NCBI GenBank assembly: GCA_001464865.1
Contig: LNEG01000183.1
Location: 3,921 to 67,920 of the forward strand
Origin: Burkholderiales bacterium Ga0074133
GTDB lineage: Bacteria > Pseudomonadota > Gammaproteobacteria > Burkholderiales > Burkholderiaceae_C
DNA length: 64,000 bases
Reading direction: 5' to 3'
Shown: piece after piece, positions 44,945-53,787 of the stretch
How positions within the stretch are numbered: position 1 is the stretch's first letter
Layout of the letters: each line of letters begins with the position of its first letter
The notes under the pieces: generated by a model
The model's input: only the letters and a program-made list of their open reading frames with translations
The model's database searches: none
What the model was told of the DNA's origin: nothing
Translations under genes and position numbers: made by a program

Positions 44945-47911
44945 ATGTTGCTTACCAAGAAGTCATCGCAGGCCGCGCAGGGCGCATCGTCTGCATCGCC
45001 GTTTGTCCACAGCCTGCGCCGGGGCCTGTCGCACGCGCTGCCCACCATGGACCGCCGCTCGTTCCTGCGCCGCTCCGGCCTGGGCGTGGGGGTCGGCATT
45101 GCCGCCACCCAGCTCACCCTGGTGCGCAAGTCCAATGCGGCCGAAGGCGCCAAGGTTGCCATTGGCGACACCAAGATTGAAGTTCGCCGCACCATCTGCA
45201 CGCACTGTTCCGTGGGCTGTGCGGTCGATGCGGTGGTGGAGAACGGCGTGTGGGTGCGCCAGGAACCCGTGTTCGATTCCCCCATCAACCTCGGCGCGCA
45301 CTGCGCCAAGGGTGCCGCACTGCGCGAGCACGGCCATGGCGAGTACCGCCTGCGCTACCCGATGAAGCTGGTCAACGGCAAGTACGAGCGCATCAGCTGG
45401 GACACGGCCCTCAACGAGATCACGGCCAAGATGCAGGAGCTGCGCAAGGCCAGCGGCCCAGACAGCGTGTACTTCATCGGCTCGTCCAAGCACAACAACG
45501 AACAGGCTTACCTGCTGCGCAAGTTCGTGAGCTTCTGGGGCACCAACAACTGCGACCACCAGGCGCGTATCTGCCACTCCACCACGGTGGCCGGCGTGGC
45601 CAACACATGGGGCTACGGCGCCATGACCAATTCGTACAACGACATGCAAAACAGCAAGGTCGCCCTGTACATTGGTTCGAACGCCGCCGAGGCGCACCCC
45701 GTCAGCATGCTGCACATGCTGCATGCCAAGGAAACCGGCTGCAAGATGATCGTGGTGGACCCACGCTTCACCCGCACGGCCGCCAAGGCCGACGAGTTTG
45801 TGCGCATCCGCTCGGGCACCGACATTCCATTCATTTTTGGTGTGCTGTACCACATCTTCAAGAACGGCTGGGAAGACAAGAAGTACATCAGCGACCGTGT
45901 CTACGGCATGGAAAAGGTGCGCGAGGAAGTGCTGGCCAAATGGACGCCGGACAAGGTGGAAGAAGCCTGCGGCGTCAAGGAAGAACAGGTCTTCCGGGTC
46001 GCCAAGATGATGCACGACAACAACCCGGGCACCATCGTGTGGTGCATGGGCCAGACGCAGCACACCATCGGCAATGCCATCGTGCGTGCCTCGTGCATCC
46101 TGCAGCTGGCGCTGGGCAATGTGGGCAAGACCGGCGGCGGCACCAACATCTTCCGCGGCCACGACAACGTGCAGGGAGCGACCGACGTGGGCCCGAACCC
46201 CGACTCGTTGCCCGGCTACTACGGGCTGGCCGAGGGTTCGTGGAAGCACTTTGCAGCCGTATGGGGCGTAGACTTCGAGTGGATCAAGAAGCAGTACGCG
46301 TCGCCCGCGATGATGTCCAAGAACGGCATCACCGTGTCGCGCTGGATCGATGGCGTGCTTGAAAACAATGAGCTGATCGACCAGGATTCCAACCTGCGCG
46401 GCGTGTTCTTCTGGGGCCATGCGCCCAACTCGCAGACCCGCGGTCTGGAGATGAAGCGCGCCATGGACAAGCTGGACCTGCTGGTGGTGGTGGACCCCTA
46501 TCCATCGGCCACGGCCGCCATGGCCGCCATGCCCGGCAAGGCCGAGGACCTGAACCCCAACCGTGCGGTGTACCTGCTGCCCGCTGCCACGCAGTTTGAA
46601 ACCAGCGGTTCGTGCACGGCGTCCAACCGCTCCATCCAGTGGCGCGAGAAGGTCATTGAGCCCCTGTGGGAGAGCCGTTCGGACCACATGATCATGCACC
46701 AGTTCGCCGAAAAGCTGGGCTTTGCCGCCGAGCTTTCCAAGAACTTCAAGATGCAGAAGGTCAAGGGCATGGACGAGCCCGTGCCCGAGGACATCCTGCG
46801 CGAAATCAACAAGAGCGTATGGACCATCGGCTACACCGGCCAGAGCCCTGAGCGCCTGAAGGCGCACATGCGCAACATGCACCTGTTCGACGTCAAGACG
46901 CTGAAGGCCAAGGGCGGCAAGGACAAGGAAACCGGGTACGACTTCGGCGGCGACTATTTTGGTCTGCCATGGCCCTGCTATGGCACGCCTGAACTCAAGC
47001 ACCCTGGCTCGCCCAATCTGTACGACACCTCCAAGCACGTCATGGAAGGCGGCGGCAACTTCCGCGCCAACTTCGGTGTGGAAAAAGACGGCGTGAACCT
47101 GCTGGCCGAGGATGGCTCGCACTCGGTGGGCAGCGAGATCACCACCGGCTACCCCGAGTTCGACCATGTCCTGCTCAAGAAGCTGGGCTGGTGGGAGGAC
47201 CTTTCGGACGCGGAAAAGACCAAGGCTGAGGGCAAGAACTGGAAGACCGATCCGACCGGCGCCATCATCCGCGTGGCGCTCAAGCACGGCTGCCATCCGT
47301 TTGGCAACGCCAAGGCACGCGCTGTGGTGTGGAATTTTCCCGATGCGATTCCGCAGCACCGCGAACCGCTATACGGCACCCGGCCCGACATGATGGCCAA
47401 GTACCCGACGCATGATGATCGCAAGGCCTTCTGGCGTCTGCCCACGCTGTACAAGACCGTGCAGCAAAAGAACATCGCGGACAACCTCCACGAGAAGTTC
47501 CCGCTCATCATGACTTCGGGTCGCCTGGTGGAGTACGAGGGTGGCGGTGAAGAAACCCGCTCGAACCCATGGCTGGCCGAGCTGCAGCAGGAGTCGTTTG
47601 TCGAAATCAATCCGAAGACGGCAGCCGACCGCGGCATCCGCAATGGCGAGCGTGTGTGGATGACCTCGCCAACGGGGGCGCGCATCAACGTTCAGGCCAT
47701 GGTCACCGAGCGCGTGGCACCCGACACGGTATGGATGCCATTCCATTTCTCGGGCCACTGGCAGGGCAAGGACATGCTGGCGTACTACCCCAAGGGCGCA
47801 GCCCCTGTGGTGCGTGGCGAGGCTGTCAACACGGCCACGACCTACGGTTACGACACCGTGACCATGATGCAAGAGACCAAGACCACGATCTGCAACGTGG
47901 AGCGGGCGTGA
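44945..47911 (+). CDS. Periplasmic formate dehydrogenase alpha subunit (Tat-exported)
   Basis: MDRRSFL Tat motif, CTHCSVGC..HCAKG, CDHQARICHSTT (Cys, not Sec), IFRGHDNVQG. Confidence 0.93.
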   Translation: MLLTKKSSQAAQGASSASPFVHSLRRGLSHALPTMDRRSFLRRSGLGVGVGIAATQLTLVRKSNAAEGAKVAIGDTKIEVRRTICTHCSVGCAVDAVVENGVWVRQEPVFDSPINLGAHCAKGAALREHGHGEYRLRYPMKLVNGKYERISWDTALNEITAKMQELRKASGPDSVYFIGSSKHNNEQAYLLRKFVSFWGTNNCDHQARICHSTTVAGVANTWGYGAMTNSYNDMQNSKVALYIGSNAAEAHPVSMLHMLHAKETGCKMIVVDPRFTRTAAKADEFVRIRSGTDIPFIFGVLYHIFKNGWEDKKYISDRVYGMEKVREEVLAKWTPDKVEEACGVKEEQVFRVAKMMHDNNPGTIVWCMGQTQHTIGNAIVRASCILQLALGNVGKTGGGTNIFRGHDNVQGATDVGPNPDSLPGYYGLAEGSWKHFAAVWGVDFEWIKKQYASPAMMSKNGITVSRWIDGVLENNELIDQDSNLRGVFFWGHAPNSQTRGLEMKRAMDKLDLLVVVDPYPSATAAMAAMPGKAEDLNPNRAVYLLPAATQFETSGSCTASNRSIQWREKVIEPLWESRSDHMIMHQFAEKLGFAAELSKNFKMQKVKGMDEPVPEDILREINKSVWTIGYTGQSPERLKAHMRNMHLFDVKTLKAKGGKDKETGYDFGGDYFGLPWPCYGTPELKHPGSPNLYDTSKHVMEGGGNFRANFGVEKDGVNLLAEDGSHSVGSEITTGYPEFDHVLLKKLGWWEDLSDAEKTKAEGKNWKTDPTGAIIRVALKHGCHPFGNAKARAVVWNFPDAIPQHREPLYGTRPDMMAKYPTHDDRKAFWRLPTLYKTVQQKNIADNLHEKFPLIMTSGRLVEYEGGGEETRSNPWLAELQQESFVEINPKTAADRGIRNGERVWMTSPTGARINVQAMVTERVAPDTVWMPFHFSGHWQGKDMLAYYPKGAAPVVRGEAVNTATTYGYDTVTMMQETKTTICNVERA

Positions 47912-47948
47912 GCGCGCGGCAAGCCACCCCTGACCAGGAGACACAAAA

Positions 47949-48566
47949 ATGGCACGAATGAAATTTATCTGTGACGCAGAGCGTTGCATCGAGTGCAACA
48001 GCTGCGTGACCGCCTGCAAGAACGAGCACGAGGTGCCGTGGGGCGTCAACCGCCGCCGCGTGGTCACCCTCAACGACGGTGTGCCGGGCGAGAAATCGAT
48101 CTCGGTGGCCTGCATGCACTGCAGTGATGCACCGTGCATGGCCGTCTGCCCGGTCAACTGCTTTTATCGTACTGAAGAGGGTGTGGTGCTGCATGACAAG
48201 GACGTCTGCATCGGCTGCGGCTACTGCAGTTACGCCTGCCCGTTTGGCGCGCCCCAGTTCCCGTCGTCCGGCACCTTCGGTGTGCGCGGCAAGATGGACA
48301 AGTGCACCTTCTGTGCGGGCGGCCCCGAGGCGCATGGCAGCCAGTCCGAGTTCGAGAAATACGGACGCAACCGTCTGGCTGAAGGCAAGCTTCCGGCCTG
48401 CGCTGAAATGTGCTCCACCAAGGCGCTGCTGGCTGGCGACGGCGATGTGGTGGCTGACATCTTCCGCAACCGTGTCGTGCAGCGCGGCACGGGCGCAGAG
48501 GTGTGGGGATGGGGTACGGCGTATGGATCGCAAAAGGCGGCGCAGCCTGCAGGAGCCAAGTCATGA
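47949..48566 (+). CDS. Formate dehydrogenase Fe-S beta subunit
   Basis: CIECNSCVTAC, CMHCSDAPCMAVCP, CIGCGYCSYACP, KCTFC. Confidence 0.93.
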   Translation: MARMKFICDAERCIECNSCVTACKNEHEVPWGVNRRRVVTLNDGVPGEKSISVACMHCSDAPCMAVCPVNCFYRTEEGVVLHDKDVCIGCGYCSYACPFGAPQFPSSGTFGVRGKMDKCTFCAGGPEAHGSQSEFEKYGRNRLAEGKLPACAEMCSTKALLAGDGDVVADIFRNRVVQRGTGAEVWGWGTAYGSQKAAQPAGAKS

Positions 48567-48802
48567 TCAACCGCACACCATTCATTCTTGCGGCCTGTGT
48601 GGCGGCCTTCACGCTCGCGGCCTGCGGCGAAAAGCCGCAGACCGGCATGGGCGTGCGCACCGATGTCGTCCCGTACGCCGGTACCGGCAGCAATTTCACC
48701 GAACCCGGCTGGAAGGCCGGTGACAGGACCAGCTGGGAAGCCCAGCTCAAGACGCGTCAGCAGTACGGTCAAAACGAATACACCCGCAGCCAAGCCAAGT
48801 GA
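48563..48802 (+). CDS. Small lipoprotein in the FDH operon
   Basis: Lipobox LAAC; WKAGDRTSWEAQLKTRQQYGQNEY; ATGA overlap with the beta gene. Confidence 0.8.
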   Translation: MINRTPFILAACVAAFTLAACGEKPQTGMGVRTDVVPYAGTGSNFTEPGWKAGDRTSWEAQLKTRQQYGQNEYTRSQAK

Positions 48803-48810
48803 GGTCGACC

Positions 48811-50028
48811 ATGAAACACATCATGTGGTCCCTGGCACTCGCGGGCTCGATGGCCTGGGTGCCGGCGCATGCCCAGACGGCCACATCGGCCGCCCCGGCA
48901 GGCGATGCAACGGCACCCGCCGCTACGGCCCAGGCTGCTCCCGCCGCCGTGGGCGGTATCAAGAGCCAGAACATCTTCGAGATCAGCCCGGATGCGAGCG
49001 CCGACCCCAAGTACGCCGGGCAGACCAACGGTGAACGAGCCCAGGTACAGCCCGGCAACAACGCGCCCATGTGGCGCCAGGTGGGCCAGGGCGTTACCGG
49101 CTTTAGCAGCCTGCCTGTGAGTCAGGCGCCGGAAGCGGGCAACCTGATCCAGCCGTTTGTGCAGTATCCCGGCTCGCGCTACACCAATGCGGGTGATGCG
49201 TGGCGCCAGGTGCGCAACAACTGGATCATCCCCTATGGTGCGGCGCTTTTTGCCATCGTGTTGCTGGCACTGGGCATCTTCTACTTCACCAAAGGTTCAC
49301 TGGGCCACGCGCATCCGGATGGGGTTGGCCCCAGGCGCATCGAGCGGTTCACCCCGTTTGAACGCGCCGCCCACTGGTCCAACGCGTTTGCTTTCATCGC
49401 GCTGGCCGTCTCCGGCATCGTGATGGCGTTTGGCAAGTTCTTCCTGCTGCCCATCATGGGCGCCACGCTGTTTGGCTGGTTGAGCTACGCGCTCAAAAAT
49501 GTGCACAACTTCGTCGGGCCGCTGTTTGCCGTCTCGCTGCTCGTGATCATCATCACGTTCGTGAAAGACAACATCGCGAGCCGTGCCGATTTCGTGTGGC
49601 TGGCCAAGGGCGGCGGCATGCTGGGCAAGGGCCACCATCAGGTACCTTCGCACCGCTTCAACGCAGGCGAGAAAGGCCTGTTCTGGTGGGGTATCACCAT
49701 CCCTGGCATCTTTGTAGTGGCCTCGGGCCTGGTGCTCGACAAGCTCATCCCCGGCTTTGGTGACGTGCGCAGCGACATGCAGATCGCCCACATGATCCAC
49801 GCCACACTGGCAATCTGGATGATGGCGCTGCTCTGCGGACACATCTACATGGGCACCGTGGGCATGAAGGGCGCCTACAAGGCCATGCGAACCGGTTATG
49901 TGAGCGAAGGCTGGGCCAAGGAGCATCACGAGCTCTGGTACGACGATGTGCAGGCTGGCAAGATCCCGCGCCAGCGCAGCGCCACCCCTTCGGAAGAGGC
50001 ACCCGCGGCCAAACCCGTTCAGGCATGA
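48811..50028 (+). CDS. Formate dehydrogenase gamma (cytochrome b) subunit with periplasmic extension
   Basis: Signal peptide; RFTPFERAAHW, HNFVG, FNAGEK, HIYMGT, WAKEHHELWY. Confidence 0.93.
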   Translation: MKHIMWSLALAGSMAWVPAHAQTATSAAPAGDATAPAATAQAAPAAVGGIKSQNIFEISPDASADPKYAGQTNGERAQVQPGNNAPMWRQVGQGVTGFSSLPVSQAPEAGNLIQPFVQYPGSRYTNAGDAWRQVRNNWIIPYGAALFAIVLLALGIFYFTKGSLGHAHPDGVGPRRIERFTPFERAAHWSNAFAFIALAVSGIVMAFGKFFLLPIMGATLFGWLSYALKNVHNFVGPLFAVSLLVIIITFVKDNIASRADFVWLAKGGGMLGKGHHQVPSHRFNAGEKGLFWWGITIPGIFVVASGLVLDKLIPGFGDVRSDMQIAHMIHATLAIWMMALLCGHIYMGTVGMKGAYKAMRTGYVSEGWAKEHHELWYDDVQAGKIPRQRSATPSEEAPAAKPVQA

Positions 50029-50042
50029 GGATGAGTAGCACC

Positions 50043-50462
50043 ATGAAAAACCGAGTACATCACCACCCCGGCCGCCGTACGCTTTCGGCGGTGGCAGGCC
50101 TGTGCGCCCTGGCCTTCTGCGGCGCTGCGCTGGCCAAGCTGCCGCCTCCTTCGCCGGAGGCTGCGGCCAAGGCCGCGGAAGCTGCTGCACGCACTGCATG
50201 GGCTGGCAAGCTGGACAACTACAAGCTGTGCCTTGCACAAGACCGCGTGGCCAACCACTACCGCAAGACCACGCCCGCGGCCAAGGCGGCCAGCGCGTCG
50301 CCTGCGGCGTGCGCCGACCCGGGGCCTTTTGCCTACACCCCGCCTGCGGCCAAGCCGCTGGAATCCGCAGGCGCCCATTCGCCTCCGGGCACTGCCAGCA
50401 GCCCCCCCAACACGAAGGCGACCCAGGCTGCACCTGCGGCGGCCTCTGCTCCGAAGTCCTGA
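50043..50462 (+). CDS. Exported hypothetical protein at the end of the FDH operon
   Basis: GRRTL n-region, AALA cleavage site; YKLCLAQDRVANHY; second Cys in ACADPGPF. Confidence 0.7.
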   Translation: MKNRVHHHPGRRTLSAVAGLCALAFCGAALAKLPPPSPEAAAKAAEAAARTAWAGKLDNYKLCLAQDRVANHYRKTTPAAKAASASPAACADPGPFAYTPPAAKPLESAGAHSPPGTASSPPNTKATQAAPAAASAPKS

Positions 50463-50523
50463 CGGATGCCCGGCACTGCGCCCTTCAACGGGGGCGCGGT
50501 GGGTGCCCTGTGCGTCGCACGAC

Positions 50524-50556
50524 AAAGCCGCGCCTGCGACTGCAGCGCGGCTTTTT
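50524..50556 (+). terminator. Intrinsic terminator of the FDH operon
   Basis: AAAGCCGCGC/GCGCGGCTTT stem plus T run. Confidence 0.7.
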
Positions 50557-50750
50557 CAATGGAGGGTGCCTGTGCGCTCAACTGCGCAGCTTGCGCGGCG
50601 CCCAGAGGTCCGGGTCCGCGTCCCTGCAGCTTGCTCGCGCCTGACAGATGCCGTTGCGCAATCCGGCGTGGTCGGGGCCAATACGCTCGATCCACTCTGC
50701 TGCAACGCCACCGTCTCACGTACCGGGTCGCCGATCCGTATAGTCCTGCC

Positions 50751-51797
50751 ATGACCGACCCATCTTCCTGCGCTTCATCTGCCGGCCCCGGCAGCCTGCC
50801 CCGCCTGACGCGGGCCCGCGCCCCGCTGACCCATGCCGTGCAGGTCATCAATGAACGAGGCGAGCGTGAAGATGTGCACATACCCGCCGAACGCCCGCTG
50901 ACGGTGTACGTGGACAAGCGGGAACTTGTGACCCTGATGACCCTGGGTGCCGAACCCGAATTGCTGGTCCTGGGCTATTTGCGCAACCAGCGGTTGGTCG
51001 ATTCGGTGTTCGACATCGAGTCGATCACGGTGGACTGGGAGGTCCATGCGGCCGCGGTTCGCACACACCACGGCATCGCCCGCATCGAGGAGCGCACCGC
51101 CAGCAAGGTGGTCACCACGGGTTGCGGGCAAGGCAGCGTGTTTGGCGGATTGATGGACGAGGTGGACCGCATTGCCTTGCCAGAGGCGAGACTTTCGCAG
51201 GCCGAGCTGTACGGCATCGTCAATGCGATACGCCTCAAGGAAAGCACGTACAAATCCGCAGGCTCGGTGCACGGCTGTGCGCTTTTTCGCGGCGCAGAGC
51301 TGCTTACCTTTGTCGAAGACGTGGGCCGCCACAACGCCATCGACACCATTGCCGGCTGGATGTGGATGAACGGTGAGGCTGGAATCTCTGAAACAGCGCA
51401 CGGCGCAGGGCAGGGCGATACGCTGGGGGCGAACCCCAGTGATCTGCCTGGCTCAGAAGCCATGCCTGCGAATGCCCACACACCGGCACACGGAGCGGGT
51501 CACACCCCCATGCAGGGTGCCGACAAGGTTTTCTACACCACGGGCCGGCTCACCAGCGAGATGGTGATCAAGTCTGCCCAGATGGGCGTGCCCATCGTGG
51601 TGTCGCGCAGTGGCATGACGCAGATGGGGCATTCCGTGGCGCAGCAACTGGGACTGTGCGCGATTGGCCGGGCCACCAACCGCAGGTTCGTGTGCTACAG
51701 CGGTGCAGACCGGCTCATCCTTCAACCCGAACTGGCGCAGGCCCCGGTGATGGCCACCCAGGAGGCCGGCGAGACGTCGGCTGTGGCCGCGCGCTGA
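50751..51797 (+). CDS. fdhD: FDH accessory sulfurtransferase
   Basis: ERPLTV, LMTLG, TTGCG, AGSVHGCA, EDVGRHNAID, TTGRLTSEMVIK. Confidence 0.93.
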   Translation: MTDPSSCASSAGPGSLPRLTRARAPLTHAVQVINERGEREDVHIPAERPLTVYVDKRELVTLMTLGAEPELLVLGYLRNQRLVDSVFDIESITVDWEVHAAAVRTHHGIARIEERTASKVVTTGCGQGSVFGGLMDEVDRIALPEARLSQAELYGIVNAIRLKESTYKSAGSVHGCALFRGAELLTFVEDVGRHNAIDTIAGWMWMNGEAGISETAHGAGQGDTLGANPSDLPGSEAMPANAHTPAHGAGHTPMQGADKVFYTTGRLTSEMVIKSAQMGVPIVVSRSGMTQMGHSVAQQLGLCAIGRATNRRFVCYSGADRLILQPELAQAPVMATQEAGETSAVAAR

Positions 51798-51932
51798 AAC
51801 TGGCGCGTGGCTGAACGTGCTGCATCGCTGCGGCAGCGCCTGCACTGGTCAGCCTCTGAACCGCATGGCTGCTGACCCGCAGGCGATGCCGTTACCGCCA
51901 ACCTGTCACTGGTCGGTGGCATCATTCCGGCC

Positions 51933-53747
51933 ATGAAAGACCTGACCGTTCCCGGATCGTGGGCCGACACCCTGCCCAGCCAATGGGGCCCCATTTCTCC
52001 CGAGATTGAAATCCCGCTGCCTGGCACGCAGGGCGGGCCGCAAGGGGCGGGCACCCCGAGAGGTATGCAGCCGCCAAGCGCTGCAGCGGTCACCCGCCTC
52101 CCGCTGGTGATCTGGCTGCGTGAGGGCTTGCGCGCCACGTTGTTTCGCATGCCGCGCACCGGGGCAGCCAGCCCCACGCCGTGGCAGCTGCTGGTGCTCT
52201 CGCTGCTGGGCGCAGCGCTGCTGCTGGCCGGCGCGCGCCTGGAAATCCCTGGCCCGGCGCAGTTTGATGCGCGCGCCTGGCTGGGCCCCATGTGGAGCAC
52301 CCTGGTGCTGCTGTGGTGCGCGTGGTGGGCCATGCGCACGCCCGCGGGCAGCGCGGCAGACGGTGCGGGCGACCCCGCTACCGCCGCGCCCCGCGGCGGG
52401 CTGGCGGCGTGGTATGCACTGATGATGTGGGCGCCCATGGTGCCCACCCTGCTGCTGTATGGTCTGCTGGGGGCCTCGGCCCGCTGGCCGGCGATGTGGG
52501 CCCACCCGGCCGCTGACATCGCCTTCTGGGTGGCCTATGCGCTGCTCACTGTCTGGGTCATCGCCGCGCTGGTGGTGGTCAGCGGCCGTTTCATGCGGTC
52601 GCGGCTGCATACGGTTGCCTTTTCGCTGGCGCTGGTGGGTGTGGTGGTGGTCGGCATGTGGCAGTTTCCCGAGCGCCCCTGGGCCCCCGCGGCCGACTCG
52701 TTGGCGCTGGACGCTACCGGGGCGGGTGCCACCGACGCAGCAGCAGCACCGCCTGTGCTGGCGCTCACGCAGTCTGTTTTCGAGACGCAACAGTCACTCT
52801 GGCGTGAGCAGCTTTTGGCCCTGGCCCCCGAGCGCCCCGGCGTGACCGACGTCTACGGGCTCGTGTTCGCACCGTATGCCGACGAGAACGTGTTCCGGCG
52901 CGAAAGCACCATGGTCAGCGAACTGCTGGAGCAGCGGTTTGATGCCGCCGGGCGTGTGATGCACCTGCTCAACCACGCGGAAACCGCGGCATCGCATGCC
53001 TGGGCCACCCCCGAGAACCTGCAGCGCGCACTGGCAGCATTGGCCGGGCGCATGGACCGCGCGCAAGATGTGCTGGTGGTCTACATGACCTCGCACGGTG
53101 CCCGCAACCATGAGCTCGCTGCATCGCACGGCCCGCTGCAGGTGGCGCCCGTGACGCCCGAGATGCTGCGCCGCTGGCTGGACGAGGCCGGTATCCGCCA
53201 CCGTGTGATCGCTGTGTCGGCCTGCTACTCGGGGGGCTGGGTGGAGCCGCTGGCCACGGACACCACCCTGGTGATGACTGCCGCAGACGCCACGCATACG
53301 TCGTACGGTTGCGGCGCCCGCTCTGATCTCACGTTCTTTGGACGGGCGGTGTTCCACGAACAGCTGCGCCAGACGCATTCGTTCGAGCAGGCTTTTGCTG
53401 CTGCGGTGCCGCTCATCCAGCAGCGTGAGGTGGATGCGGGAAAGGCGGACGGGTTTTCCAATCCGCAGATCCGTGTGGGTGAGCGCATCCGCCCGGTGCT
53501 GGCGGCCCTGGCAGCGCGGCTGGCCGATGCGGGCCCGCATGCCGCGCCGGTGGATGGGGTGGACGGGATGAGCGCTGGCCGCAGCAGTGAAGCCGGCAGG
53601 GTTGCGCGCGCCCAGGTCGCGGCCATGGATGCCGGTCTGGGCACCAGCGGCCACGCCGAAGCCCCCGGCGCAGCCGAAACGGTGAAGGGCGCAGTGCCCG
53701 CCAGTAGCCCGCCCGTGGCCCTCGCCGGTACGCCTGCAAAGCCCTGA
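51933..53747 (+). CDS. Membrane-bound C13 family cysteine peptidase
   Basis: About 6 TM helices, then FRRES, YMTSHG (His), SACYSGG (Cys), TSYGC, SNPQI. Confidence 0.85.
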   Translation: MKDLTVPGSWADTLPSQWGPISPEIEIPLPGTQGGPQGAGTPRGMQPPSAAAVTRLPLVIWLREGLRATLFRMPRTGAASPTPWQLLVLSLLGAALLLAGARLEIPGPAQFDARAWLGPMWSTLVLLWCAWWAMRTPAGSAADGAGDPATAAPRGGLAAWYALMMWAPMVPTLLLYGLLGASARWPAMWAHPAADIAFWVAYALLTVWVIAALVVVSGRFMRSRLHTVAFSLALVGVVVVGMWQFPERPWAPAADSLALDATGAGATDAAAAPPVLALTQSVFETQQSLWREQLLALAPERPGVTDVYGLVFAPYADENVFRRESTMVSELLEQRFDAAGRVMHLLNHAETAASHAWATPENLQRALAALAGRMDRAQDVLVVYMTSHGARNHELAASHGPLQVAPVTPEMLRRWLDEAGIRHRVIAVSACYSGGWVEPLATDTTLVMTAADATHTSYGCGARSDLTFFGRAVFHEQLRQTHSFEQAFAAAVPLIQQREVDAGKADGFSNPQIRVGERIRPVLAALAARLADAGPHAAPVDGVDGMSAGRSSEAGRVARAQVAAMDAGLGTSGHAEAPGAAETVKGAVPASSPPVALAGTPAKP

Positions 53748-53787
53748 GCGAAACCTTTCCCTTTTGGTTTGCGCTAAGGTCCGGGCC

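Noticed and set aside
37600-47911. Selenocysteine recoding in the FDH alpha subunits
   Set aside because: Both ORFs are uninterrupted with Cys at the ligand position; no sel genes in the window.
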